From the NCBI GenBank assembly GCA_002269645.1, contig NIVC01000382.1, forward strand, positions 577,169-641,168: 64,000 bases of DNA, written 5' to 3'. Below, one piece after another: positions 41,251-54,529 of the stretch. The DNA comes from Macrostomum lignano. Its lineage: Eukaryota. How positions within the stretch are numbered: position 1 is the stretch's first letter; each line of letters begins with the position of its first letter. The notes beneath the pieces are model-generated. The model did not search any database and was not told the DNA's origin. It was given only the letters and a program-made list of their open reading frames with translations. Made by a program: the position numbers and the translations under genes.

Positions 41251-41594
41251 AGCATTTAAGCTACAACCCAACATCACACGACAGCCACCTAATTTGTTTT
41301 CGATCCAACAAACTTAATAATTAAAATTAATTATAATGCAAAACCTCTAAGCAAAAAGCTAAGAGACGCCACACAAGACTATTTCGGTTGAACTTTAAGA
41401 AAAAAACATAAACAATAGTCTTGGACCAGAGTAATGACTAAATTTAGCCAAACAAAAACACGGAAAATAGTTGAATAATAATCAAGCGCTGCGCTACCGA
41501 AAGTTTATCGGATCAATTTTAAATTAAGTGGGGTTTTCTAACAAAGGCAGTAACAGGAAAACTCTTGTTTATTTTTTCCTTAACTGAGAAAGTT

Positions 41595-44500
41595 CTATCT
41601 ATTACTTCTATCGTCATCACTGCTGCTATTAGCTGGGGAATCGCGTCGACTTCTCTTTGATTCTTTGCTACGCTTATGCTCTTTGTCTTTGTTGCCGCTG
41701 CGCTTGTGATGCTTCTTGCTTTTATTCTTACTTTTGCTGCTACTAGAAGCAGACGCGTCCGCATTGCCGGACAATTGCTGCTTTTGCTCGATCCATTCTG
41801 GACTGTCTGAGTCAACGGCTTTACTGATGGGCGAACGGTCACGTTCACGGTCATGACGGCGCTCACGGTCACGGTCACGGTCCCGGTCCCGGTCACGTTC
41901 TCGGTCGCGGTCTCGGTCACGCGTCTTCTCCCGTTCTTTAGACCGAGAAGATCGGCGTCTCGAAAGTTTATGAGACTCCGACTTTGACTTTGACCTTTTC
42001 GACCTCGACCTTGACCTTGACCTATGCCGCGAGCGAGATCGTCTCGATCCTGGCCGATATCGATCTCCGTGTCTGCCGCGGCTGCCGCCTCTCCCGGTCT
42101 GTTTAGCAGCGGTCGACAGAGTTTCGGGACTGCGACTGCCGCGTCTGTTTTGATGGCTTGAGCCAGCCGTTGTCATGGTTACCGGCTGCTGCTGCTGCTG
42201 TGACTGTCTTTGCTCGCGAGCAGGACTGACCGAGGCAGCCGAGCGGTCTGCAAGACAAAATTTATCGAAAACTTAGGTAAAAAATTAGGAAATATAAAAA
42301 CTAAAAACGAACGCCATTTTATGTTTTTTGGAGATAGACACCGATACGTACGCAGGCACACGCTCACATGAGGTGTACACACTGCGCAGTTGGTTAGGCC
42401 CTCATGGGCGAGAATCGCGCAAGCAAAATGCACAGCTGAGACCTTTGATTAGCCAGATGAGATTGTTGCAGTCTCTCACCTCCGCTATTATAGTCGCCTC
42501 TTGAACGGCTAGAGATTCTCTCAGCTCTAACTGTGGCCACTCTGTCTAATTCAGCGCCCGATTCGCTAGCAGGACTGTGGCGAGATCGGGACCTTGACGA
42601 CTGGCGTTGACGCCGACGGGCAGATGATTCGAGCGGCTCCGAATTGCTCTTCACCTCGGAGGAGTCGTCGTCGTCTTCATCGCCGTACTGATCGAGGCCT
42701 ACATACGCGTGTGCGATTGTGATGTGAACGCGACAGTGCTTAACACCTACAGTTGGCCTCAGAACTGGATAAGCCGTGTTGAAGGCTTTTGCACAAATTG
42801 CTAGACAAGACATCCAACTAATGTTGCCGAAAATTCCACTGCCTATACTGTAATTCATGGGTCGGCCAACTCCGGCCCACAAAGCCTCTATTCGGCCTCG
42901 GATCCTTTGAAACTTCACAATAGCAATCCCCTCTCTCCTCTCTCCCCTTTTCTCCTTCGCTACCTTCTCAACTCTCTCCTCTCTTCTCTTCTCTCCCCTC
43001 CACTCTCCTCTCTCTGGCCTGCAGTCCTGCGTTAGATTCTCTATCAACGAGCAAAATTTTGCGTAACAAATATGAAAAATTTAATTACTTTCATGCGAAG
43101 TATTTCCTTTGCAAGGGTCCATGTTTACTGGTGTTTGAACACCTACTCCAATAGAGTAAAATATTGTGCCCGGGAAGTTTTGGAATATTATGTATTCTGA
43201 GCCAAATATGAAATTCTCAATCCAGCAGGTACATGTTAACGAAAGAGGTAAAAAAACGCACGAGAAGTCATAAAAATAACTTTTATGGCATCTGGTACGA
43301 AGTAATTACAGACAAGATACTTAATGAGAGTTATTTCGATTGCAGACTATAATACATGATTTTCCAGGAAGAACTTGATTGGCAGATGCCTACCTATATC
43401 ACAGTTAATCATATTTCCAACCACGGTTACCAACAGCTAAATGATTATGAATTTTTTAAGAAAGATACACAAACAATGTCTGAAACATTGAATAGATCAA
43501 CCAGAGATAAACACAGACATACAACGGAATGACTCAATTATACTTTAGAAACTTAGACCTTACTGTATACACTCCATACATACCAGCTGGAAATACAGCA
43601 AGTGAAAGCGGTTTCCCAATAGATTGATACGAGTATAACATGTGTGCATGCCTGCTGAAAGCTCACTTACCTACTTACGGAATTCAACAAAAATATTTGT
43701 AAAAATATTTACAACTAACAGAAATGCGAATAACGCCTAATCGCCAGTTGAACATCCTGAGCTGCTGGGTTTGCTGACAAAAACTATAACAACTGATAAT
43801 AATTAACATTAAAACTATTGCACAAGAGGGTAAATATTTTCTCAGCCCTTGACAATATTTGCTGCGCTTAAACGAAAGAGCAGAAAGCAAGAGCTTAAGG
43901 GCACTATTTCATGTTAGCTGTAAAAAATGCTTTGCAAGTTGTCGCATTGGATTGGAGAAGACTGAAAATGTAAGATAACAAATATATCTGTGTGCTATCG
44001 ATTCACACACAATTAAAACAAATTTGCATTCTAGTTGCAGAATCAGGATTCAGTTGACAATTAATTAAAACAGCTGTTAACTTGTTGTTAAAATTGAGGC
44101 AATTTTACATTTTCTTCACTTTTAAAAGACACTTGTATCTTAGGTTAGACATTTCAATGAAGAGACCACCGCACTGCCGTGGAGCAGCTGGGAATGATGC
44201 GAATCGTTGCTCGCGGCGTGCCAAAGCTGCTGACAGATTTTCACACGCAAGCTGCCCACCTGTCGTGAAATTGCAAGCACTATTAGACACTTGCAATTCA
44301 AGCTGGTACGACACCTACCCTATTCGCCGAATCTGTCTGTCATCAATTACTGGCTGCTGTTGCTAAAGATGAAGGAACTACTGCGTGGACGTAGAGAAGT
44401 GTGACCCGGAGTTTTTCCGGAGAAAACGGCACCCAGGCCAAAAAGCGTCTTAGTCATTTTGCGTCATCCTGGAGTAGCTTTCAGAGTCGTTGAAGGTAAC

Positions 44501-47500
44501 ACAGGTAAGAATAGGAAAGAAGCGACTCTTTAACGACGACGAGATGTCGCAGTGCAAGTCGCCGACAAGTTGTCAAAGATTCGCTTTAAGCGTCAATTTT
44601 AGCCGTTTAATCGTCTGCCTATGAAACGAGTCTGGTGCGACGAAAGTGACTCTGGGACCGTAGAGTCGTAACTGAGACGTGCCAGAGTTGCTTTAGAATC
44701 ACTGAATTGCGTCTAAAGCGCATCTGCGTCATATTTAGCGACTCTTGTCACGGTAACTTTTAACAGGTTTAGACTGAGCACTACTTGATTTAACTACAGT
44801 CATTTTTTCTGCGAACTTATGAAAAAACCCTCGTACTAATATTTTGAACGCTAAACAAGATATTTAAAACAGAAAGCTAAATATTTACAAATCCCTAAAC
44901 CCTAATCAGATAAGTCTGATGGAAGTCCCAAATTCGAACACAAAACGGCGGCGTCCGATACAGATTTCAAAATGTATATGTTGCCAATGTTGCTTCCTTT
45001 AAGCGCAGCAAAAATAGTTGTCATGCAGGAAGGAATCCATTACGCCTCTCGATTTATTCAATTCTGTTTTTTAGTAGAGTCTGACAAAATATGCAGTTAG
45101 ACTAATAAAAGTAGTGTTTCAAAACAGAATCAACCCCAAGCAGCACTTACCCAGTTTAGGCCGAGAGGTAGCAGCAGCACTAGGCCTGCTATAATTCCCG
45201 GACACCTTCTCGCCTTCAGCTGCTGCGAAGTTATAGAATTATTATTACAAATGCAATCATGGATGAATGAAATCGTATTCGCTGATTCTGATGAGCTTGT
45301 GCGCTGATCTTTTCAAGCCATTAGCTAGTAGGTCGAATGCCAGTTAGAAGCACAATAATAATGCAAACAGAAGGTGGGAGATTCCATCTGATACGAAAAA
45401 CCATGCAGCAATTAACCAGAATTATGACGATCGATTCTTGACAATTGCAATAAAGCTCAAACGAAAAGTTATAATGAAGTAACAGATAAACTTCTTGTGC
45501 TCGCCACAGATAATAAAATGACTAGATGGGCCACTCAGGCACATATACTTAGTAAAGCATTTTCTACTTTCAGTTCAGTAGCAAAGAAGAATACATAAGC
45601 TATTTTATAAAAATTAAGCCAGCTGAAATGATTTTGATAAGTTTAGAAGCCCAAGCTTGCAGGCGTAAACAACTTGCTAATTGGTTCAGCAATAATGTAC
45701 ATTGGCCAGTCCACTGAAATGTACATGGCAGCTTTAGGCTGGAATTCCGAGAAAAGCAATAAAAAATAGGGCGTGAGGGTAGTGTGAAAAGGCGCGGCTG
45801 GAGGGTTTAAGCTTGGGAGAGCCAATAAATGAGCCTTGGCTTTAAAATACATTAAAATGCTTCAGTTTAACTTACTACTGAACTGAAAGTAGCTTACCTG
45901 CAAAGGTGCTGAGTGGCCATCTATTCATTCTATAGTATCTGTGATGCTCGCTAATTAAATGAAATCCCAACTTTTCTCTGCTCTTGTTAAATAAAAAATC
46001 TACGTGGACAACACACAAAGCGTCACACAGATAAAGGGAATGCAAAAATAACTACATGGATTACAGCTGCTTGATGGAGCTGGATACTTTGTTAGGGAGG
46101 TAAGAAGTTGTGTCAGTCTTGTTTTCAAATCGGTGGCTCGGTGTTATTCATTTTACTCCCTAGACGAGTCCGACATTCATCATTGAGATAGACAAACAAT
46201 AAATGAAACAAGCAAACATGCAATTAGAACTGATTCCTGACCTCGATTTCCGCGCTTGGAGTTGTTGCCGAGCACCTCCTGGGCCACCTCGGTCATCAAG
46301 CTGGTGGTTACCTCCAGCAGCGTCTCTGTCATTAGCTCCTTGAGCTTTGCCAACTAAAACAAACTTGAACAGCTGGAGTATCAACAATATAAGCGGCAGG
46401 AGCAACGAAAAAATCTTTTTAATAAATTAATTAACTGAACTAATTGGAGACAAGACGGCGACGCATACATCAGACTTGTTCGGACAGTTAAATTTAAACA
46501 GCAAATCCATAAAATTTATTCTTTATGCAACCAAGTCAGTAGCTTTGGGAAACCCCAACCAGCTTTGGGAAACCCCAACCAGCTTTGGGAAACCCCAACC
46601 AGCTTTGGGAAACCCCATCCAGCTTTGGGAAACCCCAACCAGCTTTGGGAAACCCCAACCAGCTTTGGGAAACCCCAACCAGCTTTGGGAAACCCCAACC
46701 AGCTTTGGGAAACCCCATCCAGTTTTGGGTGACCACATCCAGCTTTGGGTAACCCCATCCAGTTTTGGGTAACCCCATCCAGTTTTGGGTAACCCCATCC
46801 AGTTTTGGGTAACCCCATCCAGTTTTGGGTAACCCCATCCAGCTTTGGGTAACCCCATCCAGTTTTGGGAAACCCCATCTAGCTTTGGGATGCCCCATCC
46901 AGCTTTGGGAAACCCTAACCAGCTTTGGGAAATCCAACCAGTTTCGGGTAACCCCAGCTAGCTTTGGGAAATCCCATCTAGCTTTGGGAAACTCCGTCTA
47001 GCTTTGGGAAATCCAACCAGTTTCGGGTAACCCCAGCTAGCTTTGGGAAATCCCATCCAGCTTTGGGTAACCACATTCAGCTTTGGAAAACCCCATCCAG
47101 CTTTGGGTATCCCCCCAGCTTTAGGAAATCTTATCCAGCTTTGGGTAACGATGCCAGGAAGGGGGGCAGTAGCCCTGTGGTCTTATGTAGCAGCTGTTCA
47201 AGCTTGATTACTAGTGCAGTCACATTAATTTGGACTAAAGTGGAATCTCGGCTTGGATCAACCTCCAATATTGTACATGCCTAACGATAAATAAAGTTAG
47301 GGTCGCTGTAACACTCCTGTGTGAGTGTATGCCTGTGCGTATGACAGCGTACAATTCCGCGCGCTTGTGTGCCTGCTCAGGGGAGTCGGCGGAATGGGCA
47401 GTAATGCCTCTCGCCGGTTGTGTAACAATGTCGCTTTAAGTGCACCAGGGTGCACACAATACACTGCCTCTATAAGAGCCACGCCACGTACGTTTAAGGG

Positions 47501-49443
47501 CGATCCAGTTAACATCACAAGATGGGTATACAATGCAGGTGCCTCATTCTTACTAATCAACTTTTTGTGACTTTTGTCAAAAAGGTTTAAAGCATATTGT
47601 TAATAGGAAATATCCTTAGATTAAATCTGGAAGCTTGGCAGTTTAGATTTTTGGAAATAAAAATAGACAATGCTAGCCCAACTGGCGTACCAATATTTCG
47701 TCCAGCTGCTCCTTAGTAAGCTTTGGCGAAGGCGGCCTAGCGGCAGCGTTAGCTCGCAACAATGGCGTCACTTTCAACTGCAATTCTCCGGTGTTAGTCA
47801 GCACAGTCTTTGTTTCCGCTTCGATGGGACTGCGCTTCAAATTTGAATTTGATTCGTCATCGCTACCACTGTCGCGATTACGGTTTACTTCTTCTGGACT
47901 GCGGCTTCTACTATGCTTTCTATAGTAGTCAGTCGGACTAGCTCGCAAAGTTCTTGGCTTTGAAAGCGACTCCTTGCTATTGTAATTGCCTCGTTTGTCC
48001 TCTTCGTCATTGTCACCGTCGCCTTCTTCTTCAATCTGTTTTGTGCATTGGAAACAGTTGATTTTTTATTGATTCAATGGCCTGAGCTAACTGACTGTTT
48101 ATTTACCCGCGTCTTTTAAAACGAAAAGAACAGTTAACAAAGCATTGTTTTATTAAAGCGCAAAACTGCATAATTTGCGCAAGAGTCGTCACGCTCGCAG
48201 CTCGGGGTTTCGTCGACTGGCTACAACAGGCTCTGACCCCGGCGCCGAGTATTCAGTGTGCGTTCTGTGATGCTGCTTTATGTTTATAAGACCTAATCGA
48301 CTGCGCATTTTGTCTATATGATGTCTATGAAGACGATCTTAAGTGCTGGACTTTAGGGCACATCATATAGTCTCTGGTTTTGATCCAGGATAAATCGTGT
48401 TGTGTACAGTGTAATAAAAAATCTGACCTTTAAGGCGGAATCTGAAATTTCTTTGACAAGCTTATCCAAACACCATTTCATAATTTTCTATATGAACATA
48501 TACAAAGTAGGAAAAATTTGTGGAATTGATTTTTTAAATAATTCCTGACTGACAGGAATAATCAACACAAATCTTGATTAACAATGGCGAGAAAAGCTAT
48601 TCTTACCAAATCGTCGGGATGAGTCAGGAAGCTACGCTTCTGAGCATTGAAACCTACATCGTAGTTTCCTCCAAGAGCATTAGTCTGACTATCGCTTCGA
48701 TCAACGCTTGACGATGAGGCGCCTTGATGCTGCTGATTTTGCAGCTGTTCCATTGCTTTAATGTGACCAGTTTTCTTGAGGCCATCGCGAAGCCAGGCTG
48801 GTAAATCGCGATTCGCTGGCGGAGCTGGTGGCGCCGGAGGCGGAAGCTCTTGCTGAAGCTGCTGTTGGTGGTGATGATGAGTCGGCGGAGGGATTAAAGA
48901 GTTGGGCACTGACGGAGGCTGATGCTGGTGATGCTGATCACGATGATGATGATGATGATGGTGCGGCTGAGCAGGCGGCAGCTGAGGCGGCGGCTGTGGC
49001 ACAGGGGTCCTGTCCCAAGACTGTTGAAGATGATGTTCGTGACCACCACCGTGATGCTGCGCCTGTCTATGATGAAGCATAGTAGAAGAGTCTGGTCCAC
49101 GACCGCCGCTGCTACCTCCGGCAAACCATTGCTGATGCCCCGGTGGAGGCTGCGTCAGATCCCACGACGATGGGGGAGGTGGCGGAGGAGGCGGCGGAAG
49201 CAGCTGATGCTGTTGAATAGGAGGCTGTACAGGAGCAGTTGGAGGCGGAGGAAATCCACGATTATAAGCTGGCGGCTGATGTTGATGCTGTGATTGTTCG
49301 ATGCCTGGAGGTGGCGGATCAGCACCGGCTGCTGGTGGCTCTTGCTGTTGTTGCTGCTGCTGGCTGTTAACCCACTGTCTGGCTAACTCAGCCCAGTCTA
49401 CAGCGCCGCCACCAACTCCACCGTTTGGTTGGGCGGCCCACAT
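41595..49443 (-). CDS. PNISR: PNISR (PNN-interacting Ser/Arg-rich protein, SFRS18), 6 exons, ~745 aa
   Basis: Exons 49443-48607, 48035-47691, 46353-46242, 45222-45151, 42698-42480, 42247-41595, with consistent phases. Signature motifs VDWAELARQWV, LPAWLRDGLKK, LLAKLKELMTETLLEVT and GLDQYGDEDD, then an RS/RD-rich C-terminus. Confidence 0.9.
44170..44270 (+). mobile_element. Possible mariner transposase scrap
   Basis: AVEQLGMMRIVARGVPKLLTD resembles the mariner motif hEhLGMRKv.ARWVPkLLT. It is short and bounded by stop codons. Confidence 0.35.
45523..45923. mobile_element. ~400-bp MITE (copy 1)
   Basis: TIRs TAGATGG(G)CCACTCAG..CAC with inverted subterminal CTACTTTCAGTTCAGTAG. A second, inverted copy lies at 52545-52956. 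Confidence 0.8.
46545..47135. repeat. 20-bp minisatellite (CAGCTTTGGGAAACCCCAAC) in PNISR intron 2
   Basis: About 29 copies, degenerating toward 47130. Confidence 0.95.
47160..47440 (+). mobile_element. Dispersed repeat, probable SINE family 2
   Basis: Inverted homolog at 53445-53745 (shared GTACATGCCTAACGATAAATAAAGTTAG and GGCGGAATGGGCAGTAATGCCTCTCGCCGGTTGTG). The second copy has a head with B-box-like GGCTCGATTCC. Confidence 0.6.
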
Positions 49444-50538
49444 GCCTCAATAGAGTTCAGTAATACGTTTAATATTCAATATATAATAGTCTCGATTGTA
49501 GTATTGTTACCGACTATTTTAATGATCTTGCATAAATGTCAAGAGGTATGATAATATTATTCGATTCAATGTCATATTTATGACTTACTTGTCAGTGAGT
49601 CAGTCACTGAAACGATCAGCATTCAACTACCAAAAAATAAAATAAAAAAGTTCAAAGTCAAGCTTATGACGACGCCAAACCATGGCAAAGTTTTACCTTT
49701 GCGACTTATATATACTATTGTCTTTGAATAAAAAACCATTTCCGATAAAAAAGAAGAAAAGCGAAATTTTAAAAGTACAATTTTAATGCTTTCCAACAGA
49801 CTCGCTGGGGTTGTTAAGCCGAGTAGAAACAAATACACGAATAGAAAATCACTCTACACATCGAATTCAACAATGCTGTGTGAAATGCAGACAAAGAAAC
49901 GGCGAGGCGACAGAGAAAAAAGAAAGCAGACTTTTTATGAATACAAAAATGAAATACAACAATGACAGACGGAATACAATAAATACGAAGTAACCATAGA
50001 TTTAAATTAATGTGTGCTCCATTAAATTGTGCATAGCGATTTGAAGAGTTTATTATATTTTATGACATAAACGTTTAACGCTAAGCGTTTGGGATGTATA
50101 AGCGCTTTTTAATGTTGAAATTAAATACAGTTGATTACACACTTCTTACTTCCATCCATTTAAACACAAATATGTAATAGTCATAAGCTTCTCGCATTTG
50201 CAAGCTCGTAAGCGTGCTTAGCGGAGATGATGGTGTTGAATGTGCGCTAAAATAATCGATAAATTAGAAAACCACCGCACGGAAAACTCGAGTCATTGGT
50301 GACAAAAATTAACGGCTTGGGGCGTCGTAAAAAATCGATAAACTTGTGCATTTACACCCTTGCAATCGCTTATATAGAAAGGCTAGCACTTATAAAGTGT
50401 CCAAGTTGACGAGTGTTAACCGTCGATTCAGAAATTCGACAAAGAAGCCATCACAGATTTTACCGCGAAGAGGCACACAGAAAACCACTAACCAGGAGCG
50501 ATAAACTGGTGGCAGCGATGATTAAGGGAAACGTTAAG

Positions 50539-51685
50539 GAAAATCGATAAACTTGTGCACTCACACCCTGGCCCATTACCTATGCCCCACGCGAGCAGAG
50601 AGAAAGTGAAATAAGTGAGGTTGTAGCCAGATAGAAAATTCAGGGTTTGGGGTTGGGTATGGAAAATCGATAAACTTGTGCACTCACACCCTGGCCCATT
50701 ACCCATGCCCCACGCGAGCAGAGAGAAAGTGAAATAAGTGAGGTTGTAGCCAGATAGAAAATTCAGGGTTTGGGATTGGGTATGGAAAATCGATAAACTT
50801 GTGCACTCACACCCTGGCCCTTACCCATGCCCCACGCGTGTAGAGAGAATGTGAAATAAGTGAGGTTGTAGCCAGATAGAAAATTCAGGGTTTGGGGTTG
50901 GGTATGGAAAATCGATAAACTTGTGCACTCACACCCTGGCCCCTTACCCATGCCCCACGCGTGTAGAGAGAATGTGAAATAAGTGAGGTTGTAGCCAGAT
51001 AGAAAATTCAGGGTTTGGGGTTGGGTATGGAAAATCGATAAACTTGTGCACTCACACCCTGGCCCCTTACCCATGCCCCACGCGTGTAGAGAGAATGTGA
51101 AATAAGTGAGGTTGTAGCCAGATAGAAAATTCAGGGTTTGGGGTTGGGTATGGAAAATCGATAAACTTGTGCACTCACACCCTGGCCCATTACCTATGCC
51201 CCACGCGAGCAGAGAGAAAGTGAAATAAGTGAGGTTGTAGCCAGATAGAAAATTCAGGGTTTGGGGTTGGGTATGGAAAATCGATAAACTTGTGCACTCA
51301 CACCCTGGCCCCTTACCCATGCCCCACGCGAGCAGAGAGAAAGTGAAATAAGTGAGGTTGTAGCCAGATAGAAAATTCAGGGTTTGGGTATGGAAAATCG
51401 ATAAACTTGTGCACTCACACCCTGGCCCCTTACCCATGCCCCACGCGAGCAGAGAGAATGTGAAATAAGTGAGGTTGTAGCCAGATAGAAAATTCAGGGT
51501 TTGGGGTTGGGTATGGAAAATCGATAAACTTGTGCACTCACACCCTGGCCCCTTACCCATGCCCCACGCGTGTAGAGAGAATGTGAAATAAGTGAGGTTG
51601 TAGCCAGATAGAAAATTCAGGGTTTGGGGTTGGATATGGAAAATCGATAAACTTGTGCACTCACACCCTGGCCCATTACCTATGC
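50539..51685. repeat. 123-bp tandem repeat, ~9.3 copies, between the ZUP1 3' end and the PNISR start
   Basis: Period measured from AAAATCGATAAAC at 50663 and 50786. One copy has a 6-bp deletion. Confidence 0.96.
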
Positions 51686-52544
51686 GAACTTCTGAATTCA
51701 TTAGGTAAACTAAAACAGTAAGGGATAACTCAAGAATGTTTGGATGTTTCAAAACACTTCATTTTGTTGTCTTTAGGCTGTCGCAACTTCAGCACAGTAT
51801 GAATCTATTGTTCATCTTTGATTAACTAAACCTTTTGTATGTTTAAGAGGGCATGATGGTTTTGCAGAACCAAACTGCTAGCTAGCAACACATTGAAGCG
51901 TGGATGCATGTGCATCAGTAGAAAGCTTCATGAAAAAGATTAAAATAAAAAGCAATGTTTACTGCAAAAAACTTCACTGTACACACATACACACGCTAAC
52001 TTTTTGTCAATTGCTTTGTATGTAAAAACATAATATTTTATATGCTGATGGGCTAGTTAGTACTTAAATTGAGGCAAGATCGAAGAATTTATGTATAAAG
52101 AAAAAACTATGAGTAATAATTTCTGTTTAGAACTAAAATTATGTCTGTGAAATTATGGATAATAAAAAGAAAACAAGACAAAATACAGCCAATATATACA
52201 ATAGGAACTGTAAGTCAATATAAAAATATGATTTTTAAAATACTTTGTCAGAGAGATAAATTCAAAATTACTTTACAGACTCTTGGATATGATTTAATTT
52301 TTGGTCGCGAAAAAAGCGACAGAAAAAAACAGACTAAAAGGAGCTACCACTACGACGCGTCGCGTAAAATAAACTATTGTATTTCGACAATATAATACAA
52401 CGGGCATTTAAATAGAGACAGGTTTTTATCATCCTATTATAGCCCTGGTAAAGAACCTGCACACACCTAATTAGAATTAGCATTAGTTAGCAATAGAATA
52501 CCAACCCTTAGAACTCGTGGCGGAACCAAAGATACTAGAATAAA

Positions 52545-52956
52545 CTAGATGGGCCACTCAGCACATTTGCGTGAAAGCTACTTTCAGTTCAGTAGTAAGG
52601 TAAACTGAAGCATTTTAATGTATTTTATTTTAAGGCCAAGGCTCATTTATTGGCTCTTATCGCCCAGCTCAAACCCTCCAACCCGCGCCTTTCCACAATA
52701 CCTCCGCCACGCCCCATTTTTTATTGCTCTTTTTGGAATTCCAGTCTAAAGCTGCGCCATGTACATTTCAGTAGACTGGCTAATATACATTATTGCTGAA
52801 CCAATTAGCAAGTTGTTTACGCCTGCAAGCTTGGCTTCTAAACTTATCAAAATCATTTCAGCTGCCTTTATTTTTATAAAATAGTCTATGTATTCTTCTT
52901 TGCTACTGAACTGAAAGTAGAAAATGCTTGACTAAGTATGGGTCTGAGTATCTAGT
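52545..52956. mobile_element. ~400-bp MITE (copy 2, inverted)
   Basis: Reverse-complement homolog of 45523-45923. Confidence 0.8.
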
Positions 52957-53061
52957 CATTTTAGTATCTGTGGGCGGAACAAACACCAAAGTACTATCAG
53001 AAATTGAAATTCTGCATTATTTAGGAAATTTTAAAGGAATAGAACAGACATACACACTACG

Positions 53062-54444
53062 CTACTTTTCAGTAGGCGGCACGCGCATTAGCGCTCCGCG
53101 CATCGATTTAGCCCGATGCCAATCTTCGTCGCCAGCCAGAGTGCCGGTGACGCACAGCAGCTGATACTCTGGCTGGCGCAGGTCCGTTAAACGGCAGCGA
53201 ACCGAGCTCAGGGCGTTGCTGGGCTTCCTGCACCACCCGGAGACGGTGGCGGGCCGCCAGGCCGGGTCAAATAGTAACAGTCGATTGTCGCCATTTCGAC
53301 GCATCTCCATGCCGACTACTGTGCGACTGTGGCCTTCGTGCTGCAGGTAGAGCGGAAACGCGCACTCGGTGTCGCGACCGCGGTAGTAGGACTGAAAGAG
53401 CGTTTTAGCGGTCAAGCAGTTTATTGTACTTTTATTAGACGCGACATTGTCACTCACAACCGGCGAGAGGCATTACTGCCCATTCCGCCGACTCTCCTGA
53501 GCAGGCACACAAGCGCACGGAAACGTACGCAGTCATACGCACAGGCACACACTCCTACAGGAGCTGGTGTACAATGGCTCTAACTTTATTTATCGTTAGG
53601 CATGTACACTTCACTGTGCTTTGGGGGGTTGGGCATCAAGGCCGTTAATTGCACGAGCAGAGCCAAGCCGAGATTCCAATTTAGCTTCAGATTAATGTTA
53701 ATGCACTTGGAATCGAGCCTGGACCGCTGGCTACGGCTCCCTATAGGCAAAGCAAAGAGTTTTGTATAAAAAAACTAATTAATGAGGTGAATCTCATCTC
53801 ATGAGGTAATATTAAGGTCCGTTGAACCACAGACCATGCTAGAATGGTCAATTCTGTAAACTAGTTAATTTCCTCACCACTTTTTTCAGTCTAGAATTCG
53901 GTAATGATAAACGTGTTTCCTAACAAACTGACAAATTTTTATATAGAACAGTGCCTTCACAATGACTCACCTTGACAGCCTCAAATAGAGCCAAATGCGT
54001 GCCTCCCGGGCCAGTCGGCCTTCTAAAATCGTACACCCTACAGCGTACGCGCAGGAAACTCAACAGGGCGAACACTTCCGTTGTGCCAATCCATTTCCTA
54101 GTATTGACCAGCCGGCTACCCAGCTGATCCCTGCCAACCGGATCGAATCCGGCTGACCAAGCGTCCTCAATCAGCTGCTGCAGTTTTCTAACGCTAGGCA
54201 CCTGCGGCACGTTGTTAAACACCAGCTGTAGGAAGGCCGGTTCGCGGCACATCGAGCTCAGTAGCATTTGTAGATTTCTATAGCCGCAGCCCCAGCCTCT
54301 GTCTTCGAGATGGGAGCTGAACTGATCGGCTGGTGGCCGGCACCACAGGACGTTAGTGATGCTGTCCTCGGACACTGTGAATCTTTGCTTCGAGTACCAA
54401 GCCTGAGCGATAGATTTGGTAGAATTTAAATATTTATTATGCAT
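53062..54444 (-). CDS. ZUP1: ZUP1/ZUFSP/Mug105-family deubiquitinase (peptidase C78-like), catalytic exons; 5' end uncertain
   Basis: Exons (54444 or 54402)-53971 and 53391-53062, phase 0. Motifs DRGWGCGYRNLQMLLSS (Cys), AWSAGFDPVG, KWIGTTEV, PLYLQHEGHSRTVVG (His), LLFDP (Asp). Confidence 0.9.
53445..53745 (-). mobile_element. Probable SINE family 2 copy in ZUP1 intron
   Basis: Inverted homolog of 47160-47440. Confidence 0.6.
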
Positions 54445-54529
54445 ATCTTTGATGCGTATCACTTCGACTCTGCACTGTTTTAATAAGAAGCATTAAGGCT
54501 TTGATTGGTTGGAAAACAAGAGAGACTAC

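Noticed and set aside
38561-41277. 329, 212 and 169 aa ORFs
   Set aside because: They derive from the 24-bp and 54-bp arrays, whose unit lengths are divisible by 3.
42169-42182. X-box-like GTTGTCATGGTTAC
   Set aside because: It lies in a PNISR coding exon and is an imperfect match. It shows that such motifs arise by chance around ATG codons.
50763-51752. 329-aa ORF with 41-aa repeats
   Set aside because: It is a product of the 123-bp array. There is no convincing start or splice context and no known domain.
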